64,000 nucleotides of DNA from Candidatus Babeliales bacterium (GTDB taxonomy: Bacteria; Babelota; Babeliae; Babelales; Vermiphilaceae), in assembly GCA_963743635.1 (NCBI GenBank), contig CAVUQO010000003.1, forward strand, positions 96,001 to 160,000, written 5' to 3'. A program made the translations under genes and the position numbers. Below the pieces are notes generated by a model. It made no database searches. It had not been told where the DNA came from and saw nothing but the letters and a program-made list of their open reading frames with translations. Of this stretch, positions 1 to 9,172 are shown piece by piece (position 1 is the stretch's first letter; each line of letters begins with the position of its first letter).

Positions 1-1
1 T

Positions 2-421
2 CTGAAGGCGATTGATTTTAGCATGAGTAGCGAAGCAGATATTCAGGCAATGGTGGAATCAGCGTGTCATAAAGTTGATGCGCTGCTTGCGCCAACTGAT
101 AATATGATCGGATCGGCGATCGCTATAATTGCTACGATAGCACTGAAACATAACACACCGCTCATTGTGAGTGATAATATGCTTGTTAAAGATGGTGCGC
201 TTGCCGCTCAAGGCGTTGACTATAAGGCCGGTGGTAAACAGTCTGCGCAGATTGCGTATGAAATTCTTGTTGGTGGGAAAAAACCATATGAGTTGCCCAT
301 TGAGCAGATACAAGGCGGTCAAATATTTATTAATAAAAAAACTTTAGATACGCTGGGATTATCTATTCCAGAATCGTTAAAAGATCATATTGTTTTGCTT
401 CATTCGCAAAAAGATGTTTAA
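2..421 (+). CDS. ABC transporter substrate-binding protein, C-terminal part (5'-truncated by window edge)
   Basis: Frame open from base 2; motifs PTDN, GALAAQGVDY, INKKT..LG..IP of the ABC_sub_bind family; followed by permease and ATPase. Confidence 0.85.
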   Translation: MKAIDFSMSSEADIQAMVESACHKVDALLAPTDNMIGSAIAIIATIALKHNTPLIVSDNMLVKDGALAAQGVDYKAGGKQSAQIAYEILVGGKKPYELPIEQIQGGQIFINKKTLDTLGLSIPESLKDHIVLLHSQKDV

Positions 422-449
422 TTTAATTTTAATGTAGTCGAATAGAAAG

Positions 450-508
450 TCCGGCGTAGCAAAATACTTCGTGGAGTAGAAACTTCGAAGTAAATAGCGA
501 AGCCTGGA
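450..508. repeat. Palindromic intergenic repeat, family A (CCGGCGTAGC...GCGAAGCCTGG)
   Basis: GC-rich imperfect hairpin; related ends recur at about 9122, 11888, 16434, 17672, 30139, 42445, 61217. Confidence 0.6.
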
Positions 509-528
509 TAGTGTAATAAGGAAAAACA

Positions 529-1374
529 ATGACTGAATTGGTGCACATAGTTCAAGGCATTATCGAGCGGGGTCTCATTTTTGGCATTGTTGTTGCCGCC
601 GTATATTTGGCTTCACGCCTCATTCATTTTGATAACTTGGCAGTCGAGGGAGCATTTGGATTGGGCGGTGCGCTTACTGCGCTTTTGATTGGTTTGAATG
701 TAAATCCTTGGATTGCGCTTGGTGGCGCAGCATTAGCGGGAGGCTTATCGGGAGTTGCGACGGGGTTGCTTAACACGAAATTAAAATTGAACAATCTCAT
801 CAGTGGTATTGTGGTCACCACGGGCTTGTTTTCAATTACGTTGAAAACCGCAGGATCCAATATGACGCTCGGCGACAAAGCGACAATCTTTAATTCAATG
901 CCTTGGTTTTTTGCTCCGTATCAATCTTTAGTAATGTTAAGTTTTTTATGCATAGCACTGTTTGCTTTTATTGATTGGTTTTTGAAAACGGAAGTTGGCT
1001 TTTTGCTTCGCGCGGTTGGCGATACGCCGCAAATGGTCACTAACGTTGGCAAGAGTGCCGATCTTTATGTGGTGATGGGGCTTACTCTCTCAAATATGTT
1101 TGCCGCGATCAGTGGTGCATTATTCGTGCAATACACCGGCTATTTCTCTATTTGGGCGGGTGTTGGTGTGCTTATCATCGGGTTGGCGGGAATGATTCTG
1201 GCACAAACCTTCAGCCCTTATTTTGGCATATCCCTTCTTTTTGGCTCTATTGCATACCAATCGATTATTGCGCTTACGTTTGAGCTGCAACTCAATCAAG
1301 ATTGGAATAAGTTAATTACCGCCGTGCTCATTGTGTTGTTGATTGTAATCAAGCAATGGTTAGATAAGAAATAA
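529..1374 (+). CDS. ABC transporter permease
   Basis: Polytopic hydrophobic protein, FLKTEVGFLLRAVG motif, operon context. Confidence 0.9.
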   Translation: MTELVHIVQGIIERGLIFGIVVAAVYLASRLIHFDNLAVEGAFGLGGALTALLIGLNVNPWIALGGAALAGGLSGVATGLLNTKLKLNNLISGIVVTTGLFSITLKTAGSNMTLGDKATIFNSMPWFFAPYQSLVMLSFLCIALFAFIDWFLKTEVGFLLRAVGDTPQMVTNVGKSADLYVVMGLTLSNMFAAISGALFVQYTGYFSIWAGVGVLIIGLAGMILAQTFSPYFGISLLFGSIAYQSIIALTFELQLNQDWNKLITAVLIVLLIVIKQWLDKK

Positions 1375-1386
1375 GGAATTATACAT

Positions 1387-2136
1387 ATGTTAAAGTTAAA
1401 GAATATTAATGTATGGTTCGATCATAACCATATCTTGCGCGATCTTTCATGCGATGTAGAGGCGGGGGATTTTATTGTTATTGTTGGTGCGAATGGCCAG
1501 GGGAAAAGTACGCTCTTTGATACCATTGCAGGAAAAATAATTCCAAAAAGCGGTACAATCACCCTCGATGGTATAAATGTTACTGCTATGGGAGAACAGG
1601 AACGCGCTGGAATGATTACGCGTATTTTTCAGAACACACAGCTCAATTCTGTTGGATCGCTCACGGTGCAACAAAATCTTGCCATGGCTCATTATAGTCG
1701 ACGCAATGCACGTCTTATTGATGGTATGGCTGCAATGCCTCGCGAGCATGCGGAGAAATTAATCCGTAACTTGGGCATGGATGTGTCTATTTTGGATAAA
1801 ACCATGAATGCATTATCGGGCGGTCAACGCCAACTCATTGCGTTTGTAATGTCCACGCAATTGATTCCTAGAATATTATTACTCGATGAACCGACCGCTG
1901 CACTTGATCCTCAGAGTTCTACCAAGTTGCTGCAATACGCTGCGCATTTTATTAAAGAGCACAGGGTAACCACGCTTTTGATCACTCACGATCCACATAT
2001 TGCACTGAGTATCGGAAATAAAGTGTGGGTTTTAGAAGATGGTAAAATATCTAAGGAGTTTGGCCCTGAAGAAAAGAAGAGTCTCAATCCAGATAAGCTG
2101 ATTGGCCAAATCGATTATGCGAGTCTTGAGGGGTAA
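1387..2136 (+). CDS. ABC transporter ATP-binding protein
   Basis: Walker A GANGQGKST, signature LSGGQ, Walker B LLLDEP, H-loop ITHD. Confidence 0.95.
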   Translation: MLKLKNINVWFDHNHILRDLSCDVEAGDFIVIVGANGQGKSTLFDTIAGKIIPKSGTITLDGINVTAMGEQERAGMITRIFQNTQLNSVGSLTVQQNLAMAHYSRRNARLIDGMAAMPREHAEKLIRNLGMDVSILDKTMNALSGGQRQLIAFVMSTQLIPRILLLDEPTAALDPQSSTKLLQYAAHFIKEHRVTTLLITHDPHIALSIGNKVWVLEDGKISKEFGPEEKKSLNPDKLIGQIDYASLEG

Positions 2137-2161
2137 TCTGTTGTTCAGGTAAGAAGCGATC

Positions 2162-3151
2162 TTAAAATAGATAAGTTATATAATCTTTTGTTTTTCCAAT
2201 TTTTTCTGCATATGGAAAAACACCCTCAATAACCATCCTCTTATCCGCTTGAGCCTTAGAACGAAGGTGAAAGTGATAAGTGTTTCGAGAATATCCCCTT
2301 ATATGATATTTCGTCATTGCAGCATCAACAGCCGTCTCTGTGTCTGTTGTATTATCCAGAAAGGTATAACCGCAGGATAATGCTTCATGATATTGTTTCT
2401 CAGCTGGAAGATCGGGCGAAATTCTAGAAAATAAGGCTTCTAGCGCTGGTTTCTTAGATGCCACATATAAAGACACGGCTTTCCTTGTAATGAGTAGTAT
2501 GCAATTATGTAACAGATTATTCAGCTGTTCCACAGTACGATTACTGTTTGCCTCATACTGCGAGTCCCGTTTAAGATCATTAAGTGTTTTTTGATAAGCT
2601 GTGATTATCGAATCCGATTGTTTCCCAGTGATCCGATTGGTGATGTTCAGTACATTTATTTCATAATCTTTTAGAGCAAGATCTAGCTTTGCAAAATTTT
2701 CTTGCGCTTTTGCAGCGTCGGTAGGTTCTATGCTATAAAAGTTCCATATCTCTAAAATATCTTTTACACATGAATCGATAATTTGTTCCACCTCAGGCCG
2801 TGTGGTCTCAGCAAAAGAAATAAGCTCTTGGAGCGCCTGTTCTCTTGTTATTACACTTTGTTGTTGCGAATCAGAGGTTGATGGCAAGCTTTCGGTTACT
2901 TGCTCTTTTTCATAAGTACGCTCTTCTATTGCAGAATTAAATTGCAGAGCTTTTTTATCTCCCTGTCGTGGAGCTTTTTTAAGAATTGATTTTTTAGTAG
3001 GAGTTGATGGAGAAGAGGTCGAGGGGGATTCGGTGTGTGAGGAGCTACTGCTTTCTGAATTACCCTTAATAGAAGGGCTTGCTTCTTCCATAGCGTGGAT
3101 CATGGGAGTTAAGTAGATGATGGTTGCAAGTATATAATAAATGTTGTGCAT
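2162..3151 (-). CDS. Secreted hypothetical protein (signal peptide ending IHA-MEE, Ser-rich linker)
   Basis: 329-aa ORF, AAGGAG RBS, hydrophobic N-terminus. Confidence 0.75.
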   Translation of the reverse strand: MHNIYYILATIIYLTPMIHAMEEASPSIKGNSESSSSSHTESPSTSSPSTPTKKSILKKAPRQGDKKALQFNSAIEERTYEKEQVTESLPSTSDSQQQSVITREQALQELISFAETTRPEVEQIIDSCVKDILEIWNFYSIEPTDAAKAQENFAKLDLALKDYEINVLNITNRITGKQSDSIITAYQKTLNDLKRDSQYEANSNRTVEQLNNLLHNCILLITRKAVSLYVASKKPALEALFSRISPDLPAEKQYHEALSCGYTFLDNTTDTETAVDAAMTKYHIRGYSRNTYHFHLRSKAQADKRMVIEGVFPYAEKIGKTKDYITYLF

Positions 3152-3237
3152 AGAGATTACTCCTTAAAAAAATACGTATTATATTCAGTATTTTACGTAT
3201 CATATTGGAATAGTAGTCGGCAATGAAAGAAAATTCA

Positions 3238-4628
3238 TTACGCTCCTTTATAAGTTTTGAGTGCAATTTTACGTTCTTTTTCATGGTCAACAATTGGCCT
3301 TGGGTAGTCTTTGTATTTAGGGCTGTATCTTTGAACCAAGTATGAATGATCTTAGGCTCAATTTTGGAGAGTTCAGGGATCCATCTTTTTATATAGATAC
3401 ACTCAGGGTCGAATTTCTTTTGCTGAGTCCATGGATTAAAAATACGAAAGTAGGGCTGTGCATCGCAGCCAGTAGAAGCGGCCCATTGCCAATTACCATT
3501 GTTAACCGCGGGATCGTAATCAACGAGTTGTTGCGCGAAATACTTCTCGCCCCATTGCCAGTTGATATGAAGATCTTTAGTTAAGAAAGATGCGACAATC
3601 ATGCGCGCCCGATTATGCATAAATCCTGTTTCATTGAGTTGCCGCATGCCCGCATCAACGATTGGAAAGCCGGTCTTACCTTCGCACCATTTTTGAAAGT
3701 TTGCTTTGCTCGTACTCCAATGGAGAGCGTTATATTTTTTATGATAAGCATGTCCGTAGACGTAGGGCGAGTGGAACGCAACGTGATAATAGAAATCGCG
3801 CCAGTAAAGTTGGCGTAAAAGTGGATGATTGACACCAAGATGTTCTTTGATGGATGCAGCCACTTGTCGAACTGAAACGCATCCGAATTTAAGATAAGCA
3901 GATAGATGAGTAGTTAATGAAAGAGCGGGAATATCTCGCTCTTTTTCATAATGTTTAAATTTCTCAAGAGAGCGTAAAATTTTTTGCCCATTATCAGTTC
4001 CGCCATGAACGAAAATAGCGGGATTTTCTTTTGGTACTATTTTTTTAAATAATACTTTTGATAATTCGGCGCCTTTGATCGATGTGGCGTAAAAATTATG
4101 AAGACGTAAAGAAAGAGGATTTTTTATAGGAAGATGTTTAAAGCAGTATTTATAAAAGGGAGTGAAGACTGAATACGGAGTTCCGCTGCCGGTTTTAACG
4201 TCATCTGGTTCATTGAGTAAAACATCTGAATGCTGCATGAAGGGGAGATTTGCCTGATCGCAGACTTTCTGAATTGCTGTATCGCGCATGATGCTAAATG
4301 GCGTATAGTCCCGATTGCAAAAAACTGCATCAATTTTTTCTTGTTTAATCAATTTTTTAACAATGTCGTCAGGCTTGCCATAAAAAACATAAAGTTGAGC
4401 TTTTTTTGCTGCTAATTGGCCTGAAAGATCTTTAAGGGATTCAACCATAAACTGGATTGCATTTGAGCTGCGATAATCATTGCTTTTTCCGATTTGACGT
4501 GTATCGAATATAAAACACGGAATCACCGTTTCGCTTTCAGCAAGCGCCGCATATAATCCGGTATTATCCGTTAAACGGAGATCGCGCCTGAATATAAAGA
4601 GAGCTTTTCGATATTGTTTTTGTGCCAT
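3238..4628 (-). CDS. phrB: Deoxyribodipyrimidine photolyase with an apparent 1-nt frameshift near the 3' end
   Basis: FRRDLRL.DN, LSAYLKFG, WRDFY, GKTGFPIVDAGMRQL, MHNR.RM, NNGNWQW motifs; typical tail DYPRPIVDH lies in another frame ending at TAA 3238-3240. Confidence 0.9.
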
Positions 4629-4717
4629 AAAAAACCTTTTCGAGCTAGATAGTTTGTACTATTTATAGCATAGAAAAGGTTTTTATATTTTGAAAACAAA
4701 ACGATGTATTCTGCTTA

Positions 4718-5176
4718 TTATGTTGTAAATGTACGGGCAGGAATTTCTTTGATGTAATGGATACAAAGTTCTTTAACGTCTTTCTCAAGAGGCCTTAAAA
4801 GATCGAATGGGTGGACGATTAATCGCTCCGAATGATATGGATTTTTGGCGTCCAATGCAACTGTTCTTATAATGATAGTATTATAATATTGCCTTACATT
4901 ACCAATATACTTATGGTTTTCTATGGGGTTAGATTTAATGAGCCCTATAATATCAGTTAAGTTATCTATCGCGTTCCCAATAATGGAATTTTTGATATTG
5001 TGCACTATCTTATCTTCGAGGCTTTTAAATGATGGTGATTCTCGAATTACATCGTTAATCAGTTCCGCCTGCGGGTGTTGCGGCTCATCCAGCATCATCT
5101 GTTGGTTATTCATGGCGCTTGCACGTCCACAAACTGCCAGCGCTACCAGCGCCATAACTTGAAAATATTTTTTCAT
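4718..5176 (-). CDS. Secreted hypothetical protein (MKKYFQVMAL...ASA-MNN)
   Basis: Start reassigned to 5176 (GGAG RBS, signal peptide shared with 5229..5483). Confidence 0.7.
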   Translation of the reverse strand: MKKYFQVMALVALAVCGRASAMNNQQMMLDEPQHPQAELINDVIRESPSFKSLEDKIVHNIKNSIIGNAIDNLTDIIGLIKSNPIENHKYIGNVRQYYNTIIIRTVALDAKNPYHSERLIVHPFDLLRPLEKDVKELCIHYIKEIPARTFTT

Positions 5177-5228
5177 AATGTTTGCTCCGTTGCGGGTTTT
5201 GCTAATCTTGCACCTATGACATTGACGT

Positions 5229-5483
5229 CTATGGGTGCGAGTGCTCTTGTTGCATAGACATCTGCGGATGCGGCTGCTGTTGCTGCATTGGCATCTGCGC
5301 ATGCGGCTGCTCTTGCTGTAGTTGCATTGCAATTATTGGTGGCATTGGTGCTTGTGGGTGTTGTTGTTCTTGTTGAGGCATTAGCGCTTGCGGGTGCGGC
5401 TGCTCTTGTCCGTTATACATGGCTCTTGCGCGTCCATAAACGGCCAGTGCTATGAGTGCCATAACTTTAAAGTATTTTTTCAT
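5229..5483 (-). CDS. Small secreted Gln/Pro/His-rich protein with QQQPHPQ repeats
   Basis: AAGGA RBS; signal peptide paralogous to the downstream gene. Confidence 0.7.
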   Translation of the reverse strand: MKKYFKVMALIALAVYGRARAMYNGQEQPHPQALMPQQEQQHPQAPMPPIIAMQLQQEQPHAQMPMQQQQPHPQMSMQQEHSHP

Positions 5484-5503
5484 ATTATTTTTTCCTTTAT
5501 TAG

Positions 5504-5531
5504 AAAAGGCATACTCAAATGGTATGCCTTT
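5504..5531 (-). terminator. Intrinsic terminator
   Basis: AAAAGGCATAC-loop-GTATGCCTTT hairpin after the stop at 5554; near-identical copy at 6276. Confidence 0.75.
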
Positions 5532-5553
5532 AAATTTTTGTACTAATCAGTAA

Positions 5554-5988
5554 TTAATTATTATTGTTATTGTTATTATTGTTGTTCGGTTGAACTGGTG
5601 CAGCGGGATCCTGAGGAGCAATCTGATAAATCAGACGTATCATTTCTATCTTCTCGCGTAATAGAATAAATGCTCGTCTGCTTGCTTTTCCATTGAATGA
5701 GGCGACGCGATCAAGCTCTGCGCCCAAATTCACGATTTCTTGAGCACGGCCTTGTAACGCAACGGTAAGCAATTCAGGGTTTCCAAAACGATTCTTTATG
5801 AACCTAGTCATATCGATACACGCAGAGTTGATCTGGCTCGTTCTAATTTTGTTATGTATATTGGCGATTTTTTGGTCGTCGGTAAGATTTGATGTTTCAT
5901 CATCCGATGAATCCAAATCATTATTCATTGCAAAAATATTTCCCGCTGAAGCAACGAGTAGGGCAGTTAGAAGATATAATTTTTTCAT
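5554..5988 (-). CDS. Secreted hypothetical protein with poly-Asn C-terminus
   Basis: Signal peptide MKKLYLLTALLVASAGNIFA-M; paralogous ends with 6328..6750. Confidence 0.75.
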   Translation of the reverse strand: MKKLYLLTALLVASAGNIFAMNNDLDSSDDETSNLTDDQKIANIHNKIRTSQINSACIDMTRFIKNRFGNPELLTVALQGRAQEIVNLGAELDRVASFNGKASRRAFILLREKIEMIRLIYQIAPQDPAAPVQPNNNNNNNNNN

Positions 5989-6003
5989 GAAAAGTCCGTA
6001 AAT

Positions 6004-6141
6004 ATGGTTTAGATACTAATATATTGTCATATATTAGTCTACTATAATGTTTTCTATTAGTCAAATGGGTAAGGATACAGGAGTGGTGTCAGCCAAAGGC
6101 AGGGATCAAACCTGTGAAATAGGTAGGATGCAGGTTCGATG
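6004..6141. repeat. 138-bp direct repeat, copy 1 (promoter region)
   Basis: Matches 6767..6904 with 2 mismatches by eye. Confidence 0.9.
6015..6064 (-). promoter_or_regulatory. Sigma70-like promoter overlapped by a palindrome
   Basis: Minus strand TTGACT-17bp-TAGACT; inverted repeat ACTAATATAT-TGTC-ATATATTAGT overlaps the -10 and start region. Confidence 0.6.
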
Positions 6142-6275
6142 AGGTTACCCAGGCTTGCGTCTACGCTCTGGTCATCTTGATCCTGAGCGCGCCGAAGGTA
6201 ACGAAGGACGTCGTATAGGTCGCTTTTAGTCGGTACAAAGTAGTCGGGCAGCGTCCGACGAGCGAAGTTGAAAAT

Positions 6276-6306
6276 AAAAAAGGCATACTCAATGGTATGC
6301 CTTTTT
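6276..6306 (-). terminator. Intrinsic terminator
   Basis: AAAAAAGGCATAC-loop-GTATGCCTTTTT. Confidence 0.75.
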
Positions 6307-6327
6307 AAATTCTGGAATGAGCTGTGA

Positions 6328-6750
6328 TTAGTTGTTGTTATTATTGTTCTGTTGTGCATTATTCATTATTGTTCTTACTCGTCCAATCTGAGTGTTTAAA
6401 TTTAAATTGAGAGCAGTTCTTGGTAGGTGTGGTTGAATTCTTGTATTGAGATTTTGAACAATTTGAAAAGCATGGGCTGACCCTTGCATTGTTGGATTCT
6501 GTTTAATGAGATCAAGCCAATCAAGCAGCGTCTCACGAACTTCTGTATAGTCAGGATTGGTCTGATTGAGTTGGTTAGCCTCTTGAAACTGATTTGCAGC
6601 TTGAATTGCATGGCCAGCATGAGTGGTTTGCTCAAGCGGATCAATAAGTATGGATTGCGGACGAGCGCTTTCCGTGTCGTCTGGCTCATTAGCAAAAATA
6701 TTTCCTGCTGAAGCAACGAGTAAGGCAGTTAAAAGATAAACTTTTTTCAT
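6328..6750 (-). CDS. Secreted hypothetical protein with poly-Asn C-terminus
   Basis: Signal peptide 19/20 identical to that of 5554..5988. Confidence 0.75.
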   Translation of the reverse strand: MKKVYLLTALLVASAGNIFANEPDDTESARPQSILIDPLEQTTHAGHAIQAANQFQEANQLNQTNPDYTEVRETLLDWLDLIKQNPTMQGSAHAFQIVQNLNTRIQPHLPRTALNLNLNTQIGRVRTIMNNAQQNNNNNN

Positions 6751-6766
6751 TTAAAATCCCTAAAAA

Positions 6767-6904
6767 ATGGTTTAGATACTAATATATTGTCATATATTAG
6801 TCTACTATAATGTTTTCTATTAGTCGAATGGGTAAGGATACAGGAGTGGTGTCAGCCAAAGACAGGGATCAAACCTGTGAAATAGGTAGGATGCAGGTTC
6901 GATG
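6767..6904. repeat. 138-bp direct repeat, copy 2
   Basis: Matches 6004..6141; the -35 hexamer here reads TCGACT. Confidence 0.9.
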
Positions 6905-6918
6905 GGGCTTTAAATAGT

Positions 6919-6944
6919 AAAGGCACATACGAAGATGTGCCTTT
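6919..6944 (-). terminator. Intrinsic terminator
   Basis: AAAGGCACAT-loop-ATGTGCCTTT after the stop at 6972. Confidence 0.7.
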
Positions 6945-6971
6945 GAGTATCATATTTTTAGAGAATATTGA

Positions 6972-7412
6972 TTATTGAGGGTTATTCATGATGTCTTCAT
7001 CAAGGTTGCTTGGATTCCCGCTTCTTACGGGGGAGATACTTGGGCACCGGATAATTTCTTTTAAGGTGCTTAAGCGCTCAGGGAGATCCCTGAATACAGG
7101 CGTACTCGATTGTCCTTTAAAGGACGCGAGAGAAAGAATCACTCCTGCAACACCTTCCACTACAGCCAAAGATTCAAGCGCGTCAGATGAATGTGGATTT
7201 TCTTCGATAGATGTTAATAGTTGCAGCACTTCACGTGTAGCAGGTCCAAGTTCCCTCTTTGTAATATGTTCTTGGATAGTTTGATGGAATTCAACAGGCG
7301 ACCGGCTTTGTTCGTTATCCGAATCCCAGCCTGAGCCTTCATGCGAATTCATCGTAAATATAATGATATTTGTTACAAGCAGCAACGCTGCTAAGAGTTG
7401 TTTTTTGTTCAT
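6972..7412 (-). CDS. Secreted hypothetical protein, distant relative of 5554..5988
   Basis: GGAGG RBS, signal peptide; ASFKG resembles ASFNG in 5554..5988. Confidence 0.7.
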   Translation of the reverse strand: MNKKQLLAALLLVTNIIIFTMNSHEGSGWDSDNEQSRSPVEFHQTIQEHITKRELGPATREVLQLLTSIEENPHSSDALESLAVVEGVAGVILSLASFKGQSSTPVFRDLPERLSTLKEIIRCPSISPVRSGNPSNLDEDIMNNPQ

Positions 7413-7581
7413 AGAAACCTCCGATTCTCTTCAAAAAAACTTGAAATACAGGGGTATTTCTTACTCTTAAGTATACCGCGTATTTTCTACTTGTCAAATA
7501 GGTTAAGTGAGGGGTATATCCAGCCAAAAGGAGTTTAAGCCTGCAAAAGTAGAAATAAATTCTCTTGGCTAGAGATTCGGA

Positions 7582-9042
7582 TTAGCCCAAATGCTTCTTG
7601 AGCAATTCCTGAATGACCTTTGGATTACCTTTGCCTTGGGTTTTGGCCATAGCCTGCCCCACAAAATAACCAAACAACTTCACGTTGCCAGCTTTATACT
7701 GAGCTACTTGGGTAGGATTAGCAGCAATGATGTCTTTAATAATTGCTTCGATTTCGTCGTGCGATCCCATCTGCTCAAGACCGAGTTCTTTAACGATATC
7801 GACTGGGTCTTTGCCAGTTTCAGCAACTATCTCAAATACTTGTTTTGCCGCATGATTATTAATCTTATCGGTGTCCATGAGCTGAATAATGGTAGCCAGT
7901 TTTTCAGGAGTTACCTTGCATTCAGCGAGTGAAATTTTGTGTTCTTTCAAGAGTCCCATTATATCGCGCAATACCCAGTTGATGCTATTTTTGCTCGGAT
8001 GTGCTTCATAGGTTTTTTCAAAGTAGTTTGCGAGCTCGAGGTCTTCGATTAAGATTTCCGCTTCATAAGGAGAAATATTTTTTTCTTTAATCAGACGATC
8101 AAATTTTTGATGTGGCAATTCTGGCATGGTCGCAGCAATGCGCGCAATCCAGGCATCATCAATGGAGATCAGTGGTAAATCAGGATCTTGGAAGATACGA
8201 TAGTCAGCTTCGCCTTCTTTGGTACGCATTAAGACTGTCTTTTTGTTTTTGCTATCCCAAAGGCGCGTTTCTTGATAAAGTTGCCCGCCATTTTCAATCG
8301 TAGTGATATGGCGTTCAATTTCATACTCAACGGCATCGCATATAAATTTGAAGGAGTTAATGTTTTTTAATTCACAGCGAACGCCCAATTCCTTCTGTCC
8401 CTTTTTGCGTACGGAAATGTTGGTGTCTCCACGGAATGCGCCTTGTTCCATATTGCCTGTACAGATACCGAGGTATTGTACCATGGCGTGCAATTGTTTA
8501 AGGTATGCGCGTACTTCATAGGTGCTATTAATGTCCGGTTCGCTGACCATTTCCAATAATGGAGTTCCCGCACGGTTGAAATCAACAAAACTTTCACCAC
8601 TCGCTGGATCGTGAATATTTTTCCCCGCATCTTCTTCCATATGAATGCGCTTGAGCCGAATGTTTTTGATTGTGCCATCTTCTAAGCGGATGGGAATAGA
8701 GCCATTCACGCAGATAGGTACATCGTTCTGGGTAATTTGATAGTTCTTAGGAAGATCAGGATAGAAATAATGTTTGCGATCAAAATAGGAAATTTTATTG
8801 ATGGTGCAGTTAGTCGCAAGGCCTGCAAGGATTGCATACTCCAGCACTTGCCTGTTGAGTACTGGTAGTGTTCCTGGGTAACCAGTGCATATATTGCAGA
8901 TATTGGTATTTGGTTCTTTTGGAATGGTATTGGCAGAAGAACAAAAGATTTTGCTTTTGGTAGTCAGCTGGACATGGATTTCCATGCCGATTGTCAATTC
9001 ATAATCAGGGTATTTATCTAGAACAGAGGGAATCTTAGACAT
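7582..9042 (-). CDS. gatB: Asp-tRNA(Asn)/Glu-tRNA(Gln) amidotransferase subunit B
   Basis: IGMEIHVQL, RKHYFYPDLPKNYQITQ, HMEEDAGK, DFNRAGTPL, ELKNINS. Confidence 0.97.
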   Translation of the reverse strand: MSKIPSVLDKYPDYELTIGMEIHVQLTTKSKIFCSSANTIPKEPNTNICNICTGYPGTLPVLNRQVLEYAILAGLATNCTINKISYFDRKHYFYPDLPKNYQITQNDVPICVNGSIPIRLEDGTIKNIRLKRIHMEEDAGKNIHDPASGESFVDFNRAGTPLLEMVSEPDINSTYEVRAYLKQLHAMVQYLGICTGNMEQGAFRGDTNISVRKKGQKELGVRCELKNINSFKFICDAVEYEIERHITTIENGGQLYQETRLWDSKNKKTVLMRTKEGEADYRIFQDPDLPLISIDDAWIARIAATMPELPHQKFDRLIKEKNISPYEAEILIEDLELANYFEKTYEAHPSKNSINWVLRDIMGLLKEHKISLAECKVTPEKLATIIQLMDTDKINNHAAKQVFEIVAETGKDPVDIVKELGLEQMGSHDEIEAIIKDIIAANPTQVAQYKAGNVKLFGYFVGQAMAKTQGKGNPKVIQELLKKHLG

Positions 9043-9121
9043 GTGTAACCTTAACTTAATTGTATTTCTAAAATTTGTTTAATGACTTTTATTCATCACT
9101 CAAGAGTCCGTAACGACTGCG

Positions 9122-9168
9122 TCCGGCGTAGTTATCCGGGCCTTCAGGCCCGGATGAACATAGATGGA
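9122..9168. repeat. Palindromic intergenic repeat, family A
   Basis: TCCGGCGTAG-(ATCCGGGCC TTCA GGCCCGGAT)-...AGATGGA; a related copy with reversed ends lies at about 17672. Confidence 0.65.
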
Positions 9169-9172
9169 AGAA

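Noticed and set aside
6057..6359. 100-aa minus-strand ORF
   Set aside because: Runs through a terminator, a palindromic repeat and the duplicated promoter block; likely non-coding
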